Shown: one piece after another, positions 9,023-18,453 of the stretch
Position numbering within the stretch: the first letter of the stretch is position 1
Layout of the letters: each line of letters starts with the position of its first letter
Assembly (NCBI GenBank): GCA_963845185.1
Contig: CAWJRG010000005.1
Span: 256,001-320,000 of the forward strand
DNA from: an uncultured bacterium
GTDB taxonomy: Bacteria > Oederibacteriota > PGYV01 > CAWJRG01
DNA length: 64,000 bases
Direction of reading: 5' to 3'
Translations under genes and position numbers: made by a program
Notes under the pieces: generated by a model
The model's database searches: none
What the model saw: the letters and a program-made list of their open reading frames with translations, nothing else
What the model was told of the DNA's origin: nothing

Positions 9023-9766
9023 TCATCCTCCAGATTGGGAATTGTGCATTGTGGGTTTGCCGATTACCTGTTTGTCAAAAAAGGCAATCTCCCGTTTTGT
9101 CAGGAAGCGCCATTGCCCCGGCTCAAGGCCGTCTATATTTACCGTGCCTACGCTTGTGCGTTTGAGCCAGACTGGCGGTATTCCTGCGGCAGCCATCATT
9201 AATTTTACCTGATGGTTAATTCCTTCGGTAATCGTGATATAAATCACGTCATTTTTATTGTTGCGCTGGTAAATTCCAACGTCTTTTGCCTTCAAAAATC
9301 TCCCGCCTATTTTAATGCCTTTCTTTAATTTATTCAAGGCATAATCATTCAGCCTGCCCTTTATTTTGGCAACATATACTTTCCTTACCTCTGAACTCGG
9401 ATGCGTAATTTTATTTGCCCAGTCGCCGTCGTTTGTCAGAAGCAGGCAACCGGTGGTATTGTAATCAAGCCTTCCTGCAGGAAAAATACGCATATTCAGC
9501 CCTACAATGTCCGTAACCGTCTTTCTTCCCCTGTCGTCAGACACCGTGGTGACGCACCCCTGCGGCTTGTTAAGGACTATATAAACCATTCTTTCGGGCT
9601 TTATAAGTTTGCCTTCAAATTTTACCGCGTCTTTTCCAGGGTTCACTTCAAATCCCGGAGTTGTTATTGTATTGCCGTTTACCTTAATTTGCCCCTGAGA
9701 TATGAGTTCTTCAGCTTTTCTCCTTGAAGTTATGCCGCAGCGGGCAATATATTGTTGTAATTTCAT
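9023..9766 (-). CDS. rluB: rRNA pseudouridine synthase, RluB/RsuA family
   Basis: S4 domain (SRRKAEELI), LNKP, GRLDYNTTG; follows scpAB as usual. Confidence 0.85.
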   Translation of the reverse strand: MKLQQYIARCGITSRRKAEELISQGQIKVNGNTITTPGFEVNPGKDAVKFEGKLIKPERMVYIVLNKPQGCVTTVSDDRGRKTVTDIVGLNMRIFPAGRLDYNTTGCLLLTNDGDWANKITHPSSEVRKVYVAKIKGRLNDYALNKLKKGIKIGGRFLKAKDVGIYQRNNKNDVIYITITEGINHQVKLMMAAAGIPPVWLKRTSVGTVNIDGLEPGQWRFLTKREIAFFDKQVIGKPTMHNSQSGG

Positions 9767-10473
9767 TCTGTTCCTGTATCCCCTTCCGGCCCCGGCCTGC
9801 TTTCTGTTGCCTTACCGCCGTCCTGCCCAGGCTCAGCTTCCGGCTGCGGCTTTCCGACAGAACCAGCGCTTTCTTCTTCAAAATTAAATACGGTCTGGTT
9901 TTTGACGTTCGCAACCCTTTCTTCCCACTTTTCTATGTTTTCCTCTTTTTCGAGTATGTTCTTTATCTCGTCTATTTTAGGCAAATCCTCAAGCGAGTTT
10001 ATGCCCAGGTATTGCAGAAATTCCTTTGTTGTGCTAAATAGAAGCGGCCTGCCCGGCGAGTCTTTCCTGCCTGATATTTTTATAAGGTTTCTTTCAAGGA
10101 GGGTATGGTATACGCCGTCAGAATTTACGCCTCTTATAAGCTCCACTTCCTGTTTTGTAAGCGGCTGCTTGTAAGCTATTATCGAAAGCACCTCAAGTGA
10201 AGGTTTCGACAGCCTCGCGAGCATCTTGTTTTTATATAATTTCTTTATAAAAGGCGCGTATTCCGCGTTTGTAAGAAGCTCATAGCCGCCTCCTATCTCC
10301 CTTATGCTTATTGGCGACCCTGCCTCCTTAAACTGGATATTGAGCCTGTCAATGGCCTCTTCTGCTTCCTTTGGCTGGACCTCCAGCACCTCGGCTATAG
10401 TCGAAATCGGCAAAGGTTTGTCGCTTGTAAAAAGCAGAGCCTCTATTATTTTTTCAATCGGTTTATCCGGCAT
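9763..10473 (-). CDS. scpB: SMC-Scp complex subunit ScpB
   Basis: IEALLF, LSIIAYKQPLTK, IRGVNS, GRPLLFSTTKEFL. ATG 10473 preferred over the ORF-track start at 10521. Confidence 0.93.
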   Translation of the reverse strand: MPDKPIEKIIEALLFTSDKPLPISTIAEVLEVQPKEAEEAIDRLNIQFKEAGSPISIREIGGGYELLTNAEYAPFIKKLYKNKMLARLSKPSLEVLSIIAYKQPLTKQEVELIRGVNSDGVYHTLLERNLIKISGRKDSPGRPLLFSTTKEFLQYLGINSLEDLPKIDEIKNILEKEENIEKWEERVANVKNQTVFNFEEESAGSVGKPQPEAEPGQDGGKATESRPGPEGDTGTE

Positions 10474-10550
10474 TTTTGTCCTTTTTTGTTGCAACGGTTT
10501 ATTGTTGTAGAAACGCCCCACCGGGTCGTCTCGACTTTATTAATAAAGAA

Positions 10551-11312
10551 TTATTCCTGGATGTTATTTAAAATCCCCATATCGATGTCTTTTTGTACGA
10601 GGATAATTTTTATGTCGTCAAAAATTTTTTCCTGATAAACGTTTATGACCCTTAAGCGCATGAGCTCCAGTATCGCGAGAAAAAGCGACACTACGTACAG
10701 CCTGCTTTTATTTTCACTTACAAGGCTGAAAAAACTTACGGATTCCGAATTTTTTAAAAGACCGATAAGCTCGTACATCCTGTCTTTCACCTTCATTGTC
10801 TCGCCCGGTATGAGGATAAGCCGCCTTTCCTTTATCCGGCCGAGCACTTCATCCATGGCTTTCACAAGCGCGTACATGTCGAGTGTAAGTTCCTTGTCCT
10901 GCGCGCTGATATTTATCGGGTAAAGTCTTTCAAACAAATCGCGTTTTCTCGCCTCAAACAGCTTCATTTTTTCCGATATTTCCTTGAAGGTGTTGTATTC
11001 TATGAGGTGCTGAACAAGGTCGAGCCTCGGGTCCTCTTCCTGATCCTCGACAAACTCGTCCTTGGGCAGAAGCATTTTTGACTTTATATAAATAAGCGTC
11101 GCCGCTATCACAATGAACTCGCTCGCAATGTCGAGATTGAGTTTTTTCATCATTTCAATATACGCGAGGTATTCCTCGGTAATCTTGGCTATTGGAATAT
11201 CGTAAATATCTATCTGGTTTTTCTTTATAAGGTATAAAAGCAGGTCAAAAGGGCCCTCAAATACCGCGAGCTTTAGCTGGTAATTTTCCTGTGCTGCCTG
11301 TGCCGCGCTCAT
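10551..11312 (-). CDS. scpA: Segregation and condensation protein ScpA
   Basis: FEGPFDLLLYLI, IKSKMLLP, FLAILEL. Confidence 0.95.
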   Translation of the reverse strand: MSAAQAAQENYQLKLAVFEGPFDLLLYLIKKNQIDIYDIPIAKITEEYLAYIEMMKKLNLDIASEFIVIAATLIYIKSKMLLPKDEFVEDQEEDPRLDLVQHLIEYNTFKEISEKMKLFEARKRDLFERLYPINISAQDKELTLDMYALVKAMDEVLGRIKERRLILIPGETMKVKDRMYELIGLLKNSESVSFFSLVSENKSRLYVVSLFLAILELMRLRVINVYQEKIFDDIKIILVQKDIDMGILNNIQE

Positions 11313-12286
11313 ACTTCACTCAGGTGCATAAGTTTTCTCACATGCGTCATGGTTTCCTCTGCAGTTTTCCGCGCCTGTTTATTGCCTTCGGCCATTATTG
11401 ACGCAATATCGGCCTTTTCCACTTCTTTCCTTTTTTCCCTTATAGGCACAAGTCTCGCGTTTATTTTCGCCGCCAGGCTGTTTTTGCAGTCTACGCAGCC
11501 GAGCTTTCCTGCCTTGCAGTCAGCCACAAGCGCGTCGTATTCTTTTGAGTTATAAATCCTGTGAAACGCGTTGCCCGCGCATGTTTCTGGATGCCCCTGG
11601 TCGTTTTTTCTGATCTTCTGCGGGTCAGTGAACATCAGCCTCACTTTTTCATTCACGGTTTTATCATCGTCAGTTAAGAATATCGCGTTATCGTAACTCT
11701 TGCTCATTTTCCTGCCGTCAATGCCGGGCAGCTTCGGGAATTCGGTAAGAATTTCTTTTGGTTCGTTAAAATATTTGCCGTATAAATTATTGAACCTCCG
11801 CGCGATTTCGCGCGTGATTTCAAGATGCGGCCTCTGGTCCTCGCCTATTGGGACTTTGTCCGCATTATACACAAGTATATCCGCGGCCTGCAGTACCGGA
11901 TATCCCAGGAATCCGTAGGTTGAAAGGTCCCTGTCCTTTAGTTCCTGCCTCTGTTCTTTATAAGTCGGGTTTCTTTCAAGCCACGGCACAGGCACAAGCA
12001 TGCCGAGTAAAAGGTAAAGTTCAGCGTGTTCTTTTACAGACGACTGGACAAAAAGAACGGCCTGCGCCGGGTCAAGCCCGACACTGAGCCAGTCCTTGAA
12101 CATATCCAGCGTATTTTCACGCACATTTTCCGGTTTTTCATAAGTTGTCGTAAGCGCGTGCCAGTCTGCCACCATATAAAAGGCCCGGTATTTATCCTGC
12201 ATGTCTACATAGCTTTTTAACACACCTTCAAGATGGCCCAGGTGCAATTTACCTGTCGGCCTCATTCCGCTTAGTACGCTTTGCAT
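11309..12286 (-). CDS. trpS: Tryptophan--tRNA ligase
   Basis: SGMRPTGKLHLGH, ADWHALTT, YPVLQAADIL, VPIGEDQ, KMSKS. Start at ATG 12286 after GGAG. Confidence 0.96.
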   Translation of the reverse strand: MQSVLSGMRPTGKLHLGHLEGVLKSYVDMQDKYRAFYMVADWHALTTTYEKPENVRENTLDMFKDWLSVGLDPAQAVLFVQSSVKEHAELYLLLGMLVPVPWLERNPTYKEQRQELKDRDLSTYGFLGYPVLQAADILVYNADKVPIGEDQRPHLEITREIARRFNNLYGKYFNEPKEILTEFPKLPGIDGRKMSKSYDNAIFLTDDDKTVNEKVRLMFTDPQKIRKNDQGHPETCAGNAFHRIYNSKEYDALVADCKAGKLGCVDCKNSLAAKINARLVPIREKRKEVEKADIASIMAEGNKQARKTAEETMTHVRKLMHLSEV

Positions 12287-12354
12287 ATTTTCTCCAATCA
12301 ACATTTTTGCATCAGCCCCAGGTATTCACAATCAGAGGCTTGGATACCCGAATT

Positions 12355-12984
12355 TTACATAAAAAATTTCATTAAAAGCATAATAAATTCAAATATGGGC
12401 CTGAATATAACGTTAAGCAGCCCTGTGACAAGAAGAATTATTACTATTATCATTCCCATCGGCTCAAGCCTGGCATATTTATATGCCAGATTTTCAGGCA
12501 GAAGCCCCATAATAATTTTTGACCCGTCAAGCGGCGGTACAGGTATCAGGTTAAAAGCAGCCAGCACAACATTTATGATCAGGTTTGCTTCCACAAAAGC
12601 CTGGAGCCCTGGCGACTGCAGCGCCGGCATAAATCCGGCTAATTTCCATATTAACAAGCCTACGATTGCGAGCAGTATGTTTGAACCCGGCCCTGCCAGA
12701 CTTACAAGCATCATGTCCCGCCTTGGATTTTTAAAATATCTCCAGTCCACAGGCACTGGTTTTGCCCCGCCAAGCACAAAAGGGGAATGAGTCAATATAA
12801 GGCCGACCGGCAGTATTATTGACCAGAATGGGTCTATATGGGGAAGCGGATTTAAAGTAAGCCTGCCCATGGTCTTTGCCGTGGGGTCTCCGAGTTTATA
12901 AGCTACGTAACCGTGTGATACTTCATGCACAATGACCGCAAGTATTAATACTATTATTTGTATTGCTATGCCCATTTTTTTCAC
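12355..12984 (-). CDS. Site-2 protease family protein (M50)
   Basis: HEVSHG, GRLTLNP, AGPGSN, NLIPVPPLDG. Confidence 0.92.
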   Translation of the reverse strand: MKKMGIAIQIIVLILAVIVHEVSHGYVAYKLGDPTAKTMGRLTLNPLPHIDPFWSIILPVGLILTHSPFVLGGAKPVPVDWRYFKNPRRDMMLVSLAGPGSNILLAIVGLLIWKLAGFMPALQSPGLQAFVEANLIINVVLAAFNLIPVPPLDGSKIIMGLLPENLAYKYARLEPMGMIIVIILLVTGLLNVIFRPIFEFIMLLMKFFM

Positions 12985-13107
12985 CTGATAAATTTTAAGT
13001 TGAATAATTATATCATATTTTAAAAATTAAGAAACCGTATTTTAACTGCCGCATTGCGTATATGAAACGATTAATATCTAGTAGATTACTGAAAAATTAT
13101 TTTAACG

Positions 13108-13203
13108 TGTCATTGCGAGAAGCGAAGCGACGAAGCAATCTCTCATTTAAAGAGAAAAACGAGATTGCTACGCCCATAAAAATAAAACGGGCTCGCAATG
13201 ACA
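13108..13203. repeat. REP-like palindromic element of the GTCATTGCGAG...CTCGCAATGAC type
   Basis: Perfect 12-bp terminal IR TGTCATTGCGAG/CTCGCAATGACA with an inner GCAATCTC/GAGATTGC stem. Confidence 0.8.
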
Positions 13204-13235
13204 AATTTCAGCGTTATTTTAGCAACTTCCCAAAT

Positions 13236-13264
13236 AAAAAAGGCGGCTTAATGCCGCCTTTTTT
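13236..13264. terminator. Intrinsic terminator (bidirectional form)
   Basis: AAAAAAGGCGGC-ttaat-GCCGCCTTTTTT after 13298..13945. Confidence 0.85.
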
Positions 13265-13297
13265 ATTTGTATTAAAATGTTTCACAGTCACTATTTA

Positions 13298-13945
13298 CTA
13301 CTCACCCTCAGTTGCCGCTGCTGTAGCTGTAACTTTTACGGGCATTTCTTTGCTTATTTCTGATTTTGCTTTATTTTTCTTTTGTTTAACTTCTTGTTTT
13401 GCTTCCTGTGTATTCCCTTCAGCAGCTGTTTCTTCTCCGGTTGTGCCTTCTTTTGCTTCTGCCGAACCTGAGTTTTCCGATACAAATTTGGTAACCCATG
13501 CTATAAAATCCGTATTGCTTTGCAATTTCTGCGCTGATTCCTGTGGTTTTAAATCCGTTGCTTCGTCCAGCAGTTTTTTTGACTCATCTAAAAGCCCCAT
13601 TTGAGGGGTAAAAGCGTCTGCCATTTCCTTCTGAAAAGCTATTTTTTCTTCACTTGGCTCCATACCTGATAGTTTCTGGAGTTTTTCATCATAGCCTACG
13701 GCTGCCTTAAAAGTCTGAATAAGCAAATGTCCCGCGTTGTTAAGCTGCCAAGCCTGAATTTCCGTTTTCTTGAATTCCGCCGCTGAGTCAGCTGCTTTTT
13801 TGTAATTTGCCACGGCATTGTAAGTGTCGCCGGCCGCCTCTGCGTCTTTCGCCTTTTGTTTCGCGTCTTTGTAATCCTGCCATGTACCTGCATAGGCCAG
13901 TCCTGATAAAGCAAAAACAGAAATTAAAACGATAAGTTTTCTCAT
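13298..13945 (-). CDS. Hypothetical secreted alpha-helical protein
   Basis: GGAGG RBS, signal peptide ending AYA, helical TPR-like composition, charged low-complexity tail, followed by a terminator. Confidence 0.75.
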   Translation of the reverse strand: MRKLIVLISVFALSGLAYAGTWQDYKDAKQKAKDAEAAGDTYNAVANYKKAADSAAEFKKTEIQAWQLNNAGHLLIQTFKAAVGYDEKLQKLSGMEPSEEKIAFQKEMADAFTPQMGLLDESKKLLDEATDLKPQESAQKLQSNTDFIAWVTKFVSENSGSAEAKEGTTGEETAAEGNTQEAKQEVKQKKNKAKSEISKEMPVKVTATAAATEGE

Positions 13946-14030
13946 GTTTCCCTCCTTTTTAAAAATTTTAAATACTTATTGTATATTATTGTATAACAGA
14001 GGTAAAAAAATGTCAAAATGTTTTATTCTA

Positions 14031-15209
14031 TTATCCGGAAATTTTGCTTAAAACTTCGCTGATGCTTACTGAATCGCAGTCTCCGTCTTTTTTTTGGAGT
14101 ATTGTTATTTTATTTGGGCCTATCGGCGACCAGCGTTTCGCTGTGCTTGGCCCGAATATCGCGATGACATCCGTAACCAGGGACACTGCATGCATTATAC
14201 CGCTGTCATTGCATACAAACTTGTTAAACCTCTGCGCTGCTGCCATGATTCTTAATATGTCGTTATGCGGAAATATAAAGACGTCCTTGATTCCAGCTAT
14301 AAGCTGTCTGAAAGCTTGTATTTCATCCTGCTCCCCAATGCCGTAAACAACAACTATTTTAGCTTTGAACTTCCTCTGTACTGCTATAATTAAATCCCTG
14401 TAATTTTCCTTTTTCCACCTGTTGTCCTTTTTCTTCAATGTCGGATGCATGCCTATCACAAAGTCCCTGCCTGTTATGCCGCAGTTTTTATAAAAATCCC
14501 TGGCGTGCCCTTTGGATTCTACCGGCAAATCAAACTTCGGCATTGTATTTTTCCCTTTTGCCGTTATTTTTAAGGGTTTTAATAGCAGCATATCTTTAAT
14601 GCTTTCATGTAGGCTATCGTTGTTTAAAGCAATTCCTTTATTGAATATTTTATGGCCCAGCGGGTTTTTTGCGCCTGTTTTTTTATAACCTATCCTTACC
14701 CTGCACTTTGACGCCAGCGTCATGATGGCAGATGTAATTGAAAAAGGGTATGAATGGAAATTGATTGCCACATCGTATTTGCCGGCCATAAGGCGAACCG
14801 CGACTTTCAGAAAGGAAAAAAAGTTTTTGTTGTAGACTATTATTTCGTTGTTTGTGGAGCCACCTTTAAAAAAATTTCTATTATGCTCCCTCCCCGGAGT
14901 GCTATCCATCCCCGCCTCTATCAGCGGGGATTTTCGTGGAGCGGGATTAAAAAATAGCCGCGCAATATCCTCGCCCCTTTTACCTGCTACTATCGTGAGT
15001 TTCGCTTCTTTGCCAAGTTTGTCCTTTAGCATATTTATAGCCGGCACGGCAAGTATAAAATCGCCCAGCCTGTCCGGCCTGAGCACAAGCGCGGAATTTA
15101 TATTTTTTATGTCCGGTACAGGCGCGTTCCCGCCGTCCGGAATAAACATCCCAAGAAGGTTTATAAAACTATTTTTTATGATTTTTTCAATTGCTTTTAC
15201 TGGCTGCAA
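14031..15209 (-). CDS. Glycosyltransferase family 9 (heptosyltransferase-like) with an in-frame palindromic insert
   Basis: RPDRLGDFIL, GMHP...NRW, VCNDSGIMH, AIFGPSTAKRWSP. Confidence 0.88.
   Translation of the reverse strand: MQPVKAIEKIIKNSFINLLGMFIPDGGNAPVPDIKNINSALVLRPDRLGDFILAVPAINMLKDKLGKEAKLTIVAGKRGEDIARLFFNPAPRKSPLIEAGMDSTPGREHNRNFFKGGSTNNEIIVYNKNFFSFLKVAVRLMAGKYDVAINFHSYPFSITSAIMTLASKCRVRIGYKKTGAKNPLGHKIFNKGIALNNDSLHESIKDMLLLKPLKITAKGKNTMPKFDLPVESKGHARDFYKNCGITGRDFVIGMHPTLKKKDNRWKKENYRDLIIAVQRKFKAKIVVVYGIGEQDEIQAFRQLIAGIKDVFIFPHNDILRIMAAAQRFNKFVCNDSGIMHAVSLVTDVIAIFGPSTAKRWSPIGPNKITILQKKDGDCDSVSISEVLSKISG
14908..14931. repeat. GC hairpin resembling an IS200/IS605 end, inside the GT9 coding sequence
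   Basis: ATCCCCGC-ctctatca-GCGGGGAT lying in a ~30-codon segment atypical for GT9. Confidence 0.55.
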
Positions 15210-15260
15210 TTTCTGCTCCCTCTGAATTATCTCCGATTATGTCGGAGGGTTCAAAAACTT

Positions 15261-15520
15261 CCCTTCCCCCTCGACGGGAGTTCAATACCCCTGTGGGGTG
15301 TTGAACGGGTAGAAGTCATCTTAATACTCTCAAATATGTCCTTTCTACACACAGCCGGGATGGGGGTGAGGTAGCGGCTGATTCTGTATCACTTCACGCC
15401 AACATCAGATCCCAAAACTTCTTTTTCTTATTTTGCATTATATCTTTTAGCTTAATTCACTTAGTTGTTGCTGCTGCTTCACCCTCACTTTTTTCTCCTC
15501 TCCCGTCAAGGGAGAGGAGA
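15261..15520. repeat. Pair of REP-like palindromes (CCCTTCCCCCTCGACGGG...GGGATGGGGGTGA and CACCCTCAC...TCCTCTCCC-gtcaa-GGGAGAGGA)
   Basis: Two oppositely oriented copies of a C-rich/G-rich palindromic repeat type; the left one is interrupted by mini-element copy B. Confidence 0.6.
15279..15352. mobile_element. Two-hairpin mini-element copy B (divergent)
   Basis: GTTCAATACCCC-tgt-GGGGTGTTGAAC then GGGTAGAA...TTCTACAC; same geometry as the other copies with compensatory changes. Confidence 0.65.
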
Positions 15521-15552
15521 CCGCCCACTTTAGTCGGTGGATTAATTAGAAT

Positions 15553-16473
15553 TTAAAAAAATACCGCAAGCGAAAGCTTATGGTCAAATTCGTCCTGAGC
15601 AAGGATGGTTTCTTTTAAAAATGCGTAATCAAGCTGTACTAAAAAATTTGCTATCTGGTATTTTATCCCGCCGCCAAGGGTGTAGTTGGATTCATAACTT
15701 TTTATGTCGTAATACCCGCCTGCCCTGATAAAAAATATTTTTATGAAGGATGCTTCGACGCCGGACCTTAGTGTCACGCCTTCAAACTCGTTTTCCTCAG
15801 CATCGATTGACACCGAAAGCAACTCCGGCAAAGCATCGATTTTAGCGCCTATCTTCATGTCAAGGGGAATCTGCTCCGTTGTTCCCGTTGACCAGTTCAA
15901 AAAGTTTGCCAAATCCTGAAGCATTACTCCAAACTGTACTAAAGGGATCGGCCTTATCATGACTCCTACGTCGCAGCTGATGCCGAAAGCAGGCACGCCC
16001 GAGTTGTTTATTGACAATATTTTTAAATTACCTCCGACAGAAAACCCCTTTGTTAATTCCCGCGCATAAGTAACGAAAAAAGCATTTTCCGTATCCGACA
16101 AAGGCGTAAAAGCCTCGGTATCGGTCTGTCTGCCTTCAATGCCGCTTATTGAAAAATTAATCCAGTTCAGGGCAAAGCTGCCAATCTGCGAAGGATAAAT
16201 TAAATTAAAAAAATTGTACGATCTGTCCTCGGTCATCCATGAAACCATTGTATTAAGTGCCATCTGGTTTATATAAACAGTTGCTGCCGGGTTCCAGTAC
16301 GGCACCGAAGGGTCGTCAGAGTATGCGGTAAAAGCGCTGCCCAGTGCCAGTCCTCTTGCTCCCACACCGGCGCGTAAAAACGGAGCTGCCCCGCCGGCAG
16401 CTCCGGTGATGCCGAAAATACCGTCAGCCAGTAATAATGACACTACAATAGCAGTAAAAATTGTTTTCTTCAA
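15553..16473 (-). CDS. PorV/PorQ-like (UPF0164) outer-membrane beta-barrel
   Basis: Signal peptide, FLRAGVGARGLALGSAFTAYSDD..YWNPA motif, amphipathic strands, C-terminal Phe. Confidence 0.85.
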   Translation of the reverse strand: MKKTIFTAIVVSLLLADGIFGITGAAGGAAPFLRAGVGARGLALGSAFTAYSDDPSVPYWNPAATVYINQMALNTMVSWMTEDRSYNFFNLIYPSQIGSFALNWINFSISGIEGRQTDTEAFTPLSDTENAFFVTYARELTKGFSVGGNLKILSINNSGVPAFGISCDVGVMIRPIPLVQFGVMLQDLANFLNWSTGTTEQIPLDMKIGAKIDALPELLSVSIDAEENEFEGVTLRSGVEASFIKIFFIRAGGYYDIKSYESNYTLGGGIKYQIANFLVQLDYAFLKETILAQDEFDHKLSLAVFF

Positions 16474-16526
16474 ATTCGAAACTCCCTTGCTTTCCGTTCA
16501 GAACCGGTTTACGCGTGCATAAAATG

Positions 16527-16557
16527 ATACAGGGCGGGCTTACCGCCCGCCCTGTAT
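16527..16557. terminator. Strong intergenic hairpin (terminator or mRNA stabiliser)
   Basis: Perfect 13-bp stem ATACAGGGCGGGC-ttacc-GCCCGCCCTGTAT; only a weak U tract on the minus strand. Confidence 0.5.
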
Positions 16558-16587
16558 ATTTGCCGCGTTCTGCCTGCGGCATGGATT

Positions 16588-18258
16588 TTATTTTACAACC
16601 GAGATTTTCTTTGTTACGGTCTTTGTCTTTGAAGCTACCCTTAAAATATACACCCCATTGGCCACGTTCGCACCGCTGTCATTTACGCAGTTCCACTGTA
16701 TTGCATTGACGCCGGCAATTACGTCTGCCGCGCTTAAATCTTTGTGCCATACTGTCCTGGCGTTTATATCAGTTATAATTATCTTGATATCCTGCGCGGT
16801 TACAAGCGGGAACCTTATTGTGGTTGTCCCCTTGCAGGGATTGGGATAGTTGTATACGTTTTTCTCCGACATCTCTTCGGTAATGTTTATCTTATAAACT
16901 GACTGTTTGCCCACATTGCCGGCAGAGTCCTTTACAGCCGCGGTAAATACCCACGGGCCGGTTTCAAGTCCGGATAATTTTATATCCGGTGAAGCGCTGA
17001 ATACAGCCTTGTCCGCTGAAAAAGCACCGGAATTTTTAGAAACACAGTACATGTATCCTGCTATGCCGTTTAAGTCGTCCTGCGCCTGCATATGTATTAC
17101 AGGAGAGTTGTCAGCGTACCACATGCTCTGTTCCGGATGGGACGAGGAACTGACCACCGGCGCAGCAGGCGGTTCCTGGTATATTACCCTAACTGTATTG
17201 GTCCTCATATGCGTGAACACTATATCATTCAGGCCGTCGCCGTTGACATCGCCCGCAGTAACTTCCACCGGGCCGAAAGTCTGGTCTTTATCGTCTGTTA
17301 CTTTATAGCTTTTTACCACCTGGAATACATTATCTTTCTGCATAATTATATCGATGCTGTCGCTGTCCCTGTCTGCCGTGATGATTTCATTCTTGCCCCC
17401 TCCTGTAACGTCAGCCACGCACATCCCGTTTGGCCTGAGGCCCGCCAGCTTTACAGTCGTTGTCAGCGTTAAGTTCGGCCCTTCAAGTATGGAAACCGTG
17501 TTATCGTAAAAATTCGCCGTTATAATATCGTTGCTGTCGTTGTTCATTACATTTGCTATTGCCACTTTGCAAGGCCCGCTTCCCGTTGCTATGTCCTTTT
17601 CCTTAACAAGCCCCGTGGCCGCGAGTTTTATGACGCTCACGTTTGCCGAGTTGTAGTTCGCGCTCACAACAACGTTTTCATTGCCTATTTTTCCCATGGC
17701 CACATCCGTGGGGTTCCCCGGCACCGGTATTTCCAGTTTCTGCGTATTTTTTGTCAGTTCATTCATTATAACGACAACTTTGCTGTCGTTATAAACCGCG
17801 CACGCTATGTCCGGCTGGCCGTTATTGTCCAGGTCGCCTATCGCCACTCCTACCGGATGTTTTCCGACTGCAATCGTGTCTTTTAATACTGGTGTGCCGT
17901 TTTCGTTCGTATATACCATTAAAGTGCCGTCATCGTAATTTGATATGACTAACATGCCGTTCCATATTGCCACGCCCCTCGGTGATTTCCCGGTCTGCAC
18001 CGGTATTGATAAAGCGTTGGTATTTGAAAAAATGGAAACAGACGAATTCGGCGTGTTTGAAGTATCCTGGCCTATCAGCGTGCCTGCCCCGAAATTTGCG
18101 ACAATTACCTGGTTTTTCCCGTTTGCAATTAAATCCCCTATGGCAATTCCCCTGGGACATACACCCGTTGACACTGTAGTAATATTTGACAGGTTATTCG
18201 CGTTAACTGTCCCAAAAACCAAAAGAACTACTGCTAAAACAACCATTGTTTTTTTCAT
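16588..18258 (-). CDS. Secreted FG-GAP/VCBS-repeat beta-propeller protein with FlgD/T9SS-type C-terminal domain
   Basis: Signal peptide; GDLDNNGQPDI and GDVNGDGLNDI repeats; C-terminus YNYPNP...WNCVNDSGANVANGVYILRV...KKISVVK. Confidence 0.85.
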   Translation of the reverse strand: MKKTMVVLAVVLLVFGTVNANNLSNITTVSTGVCPRGIAIGDLIANGKNQVIVANFGAGTLIGQDTSNTPNSSVSIFSNTNALSIPVQTGKSPRGVAIWNGMLVISNYDDGTLMVYTNENGTPVLKDTIAVGKHPVGVAIGDLDNNGQPDIACAVYNDSKVVVIMNELTKNTQKLEIPVPGNPTDVAMGKIGNENVVVSANYNSANVSVIKLAATGLVKEKDIATGSGPCKVAIANVMNNDSNDIITANFYDNTVSILEGPNLTLTTTVKLAGLRPNGMCVADVTGGGKNEIITADRDSDSIDIIMQKDNVFQVVKSYKVTDDKDQTFGPVEVTAGDVNGDGLNDIVFTHMRTNTVRVIYQEPPAAPVVSSSSHPEQSMWYADNSPVIHMQAQDDLNGIAGYMYCVSKNSGAFSADKAVFSASPDIKLSGLETGPWVFTAAVKDSAGNVGKQSVYKINITEEMSEKNVYNYPNPCKGTTTIRFPLVTAQDIKIIITDINARTVWHKDLSAADVIAGVNAIQWNCVNDSGANVANGVYILRVASKTKTVTKKISVVK

Positions 18259-18271
18259 GTTTTTCCTCCTT

Positions 18272-18433
18272 AGAGTCCGTTGATTTTGCTGAGCGTCAAC
18301 AGCGCAAGCAAAATCTTACGGAGTCTTATACCCGCTCCAGTCCCGAACTTGCCAAGAGTCAAATAGTCCAATGGACTATTTGACGGGTAGTTTCCAAAAT
18401 TTATTATCATCTAAAAACTACCCTGAAGCGGTG
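18272..18433. repeat. Composite REP-like repeat carrying mini-element copy C
   Basis: TCCGT..GATTTTGC...GCAAAATC..ACGGA hairpin, then TACCCGCTCCAGTCC...AAGCGGTG interrupted by the insert. Confidence 0.7.
18357..18425. mobile_element. Two-hairpin mini-element copy C
   Basis: GTCAAATAGTCC-aat-GGACTATTTGAC-GGGTAGTTT...AAACTACCC. Confidence 0.75.
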
Positions 18434-18453
18434 TTCCTACTTTTACTTATATA

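Noticed and set aside
6887..12984. S2P-trpS-scpA-scpB-rluB-pheA-purM run as a novel cluster
   Set aside because: S2P-trpS-scpAB-rluB is a common housekeeping arrangement; nothing unusual seen.
13062..13604. 180-aa plus-strand ORF
   Set aside because: Translates a REP and a terminator and overlaps a better minus-strand gene.
14854..14942. GTGGAGC direct repeat as target duplication of the GT9 insert
   Set aside because: The copies are 82 nt apart, so precise removal would shift the frame; more likely internal to the element.
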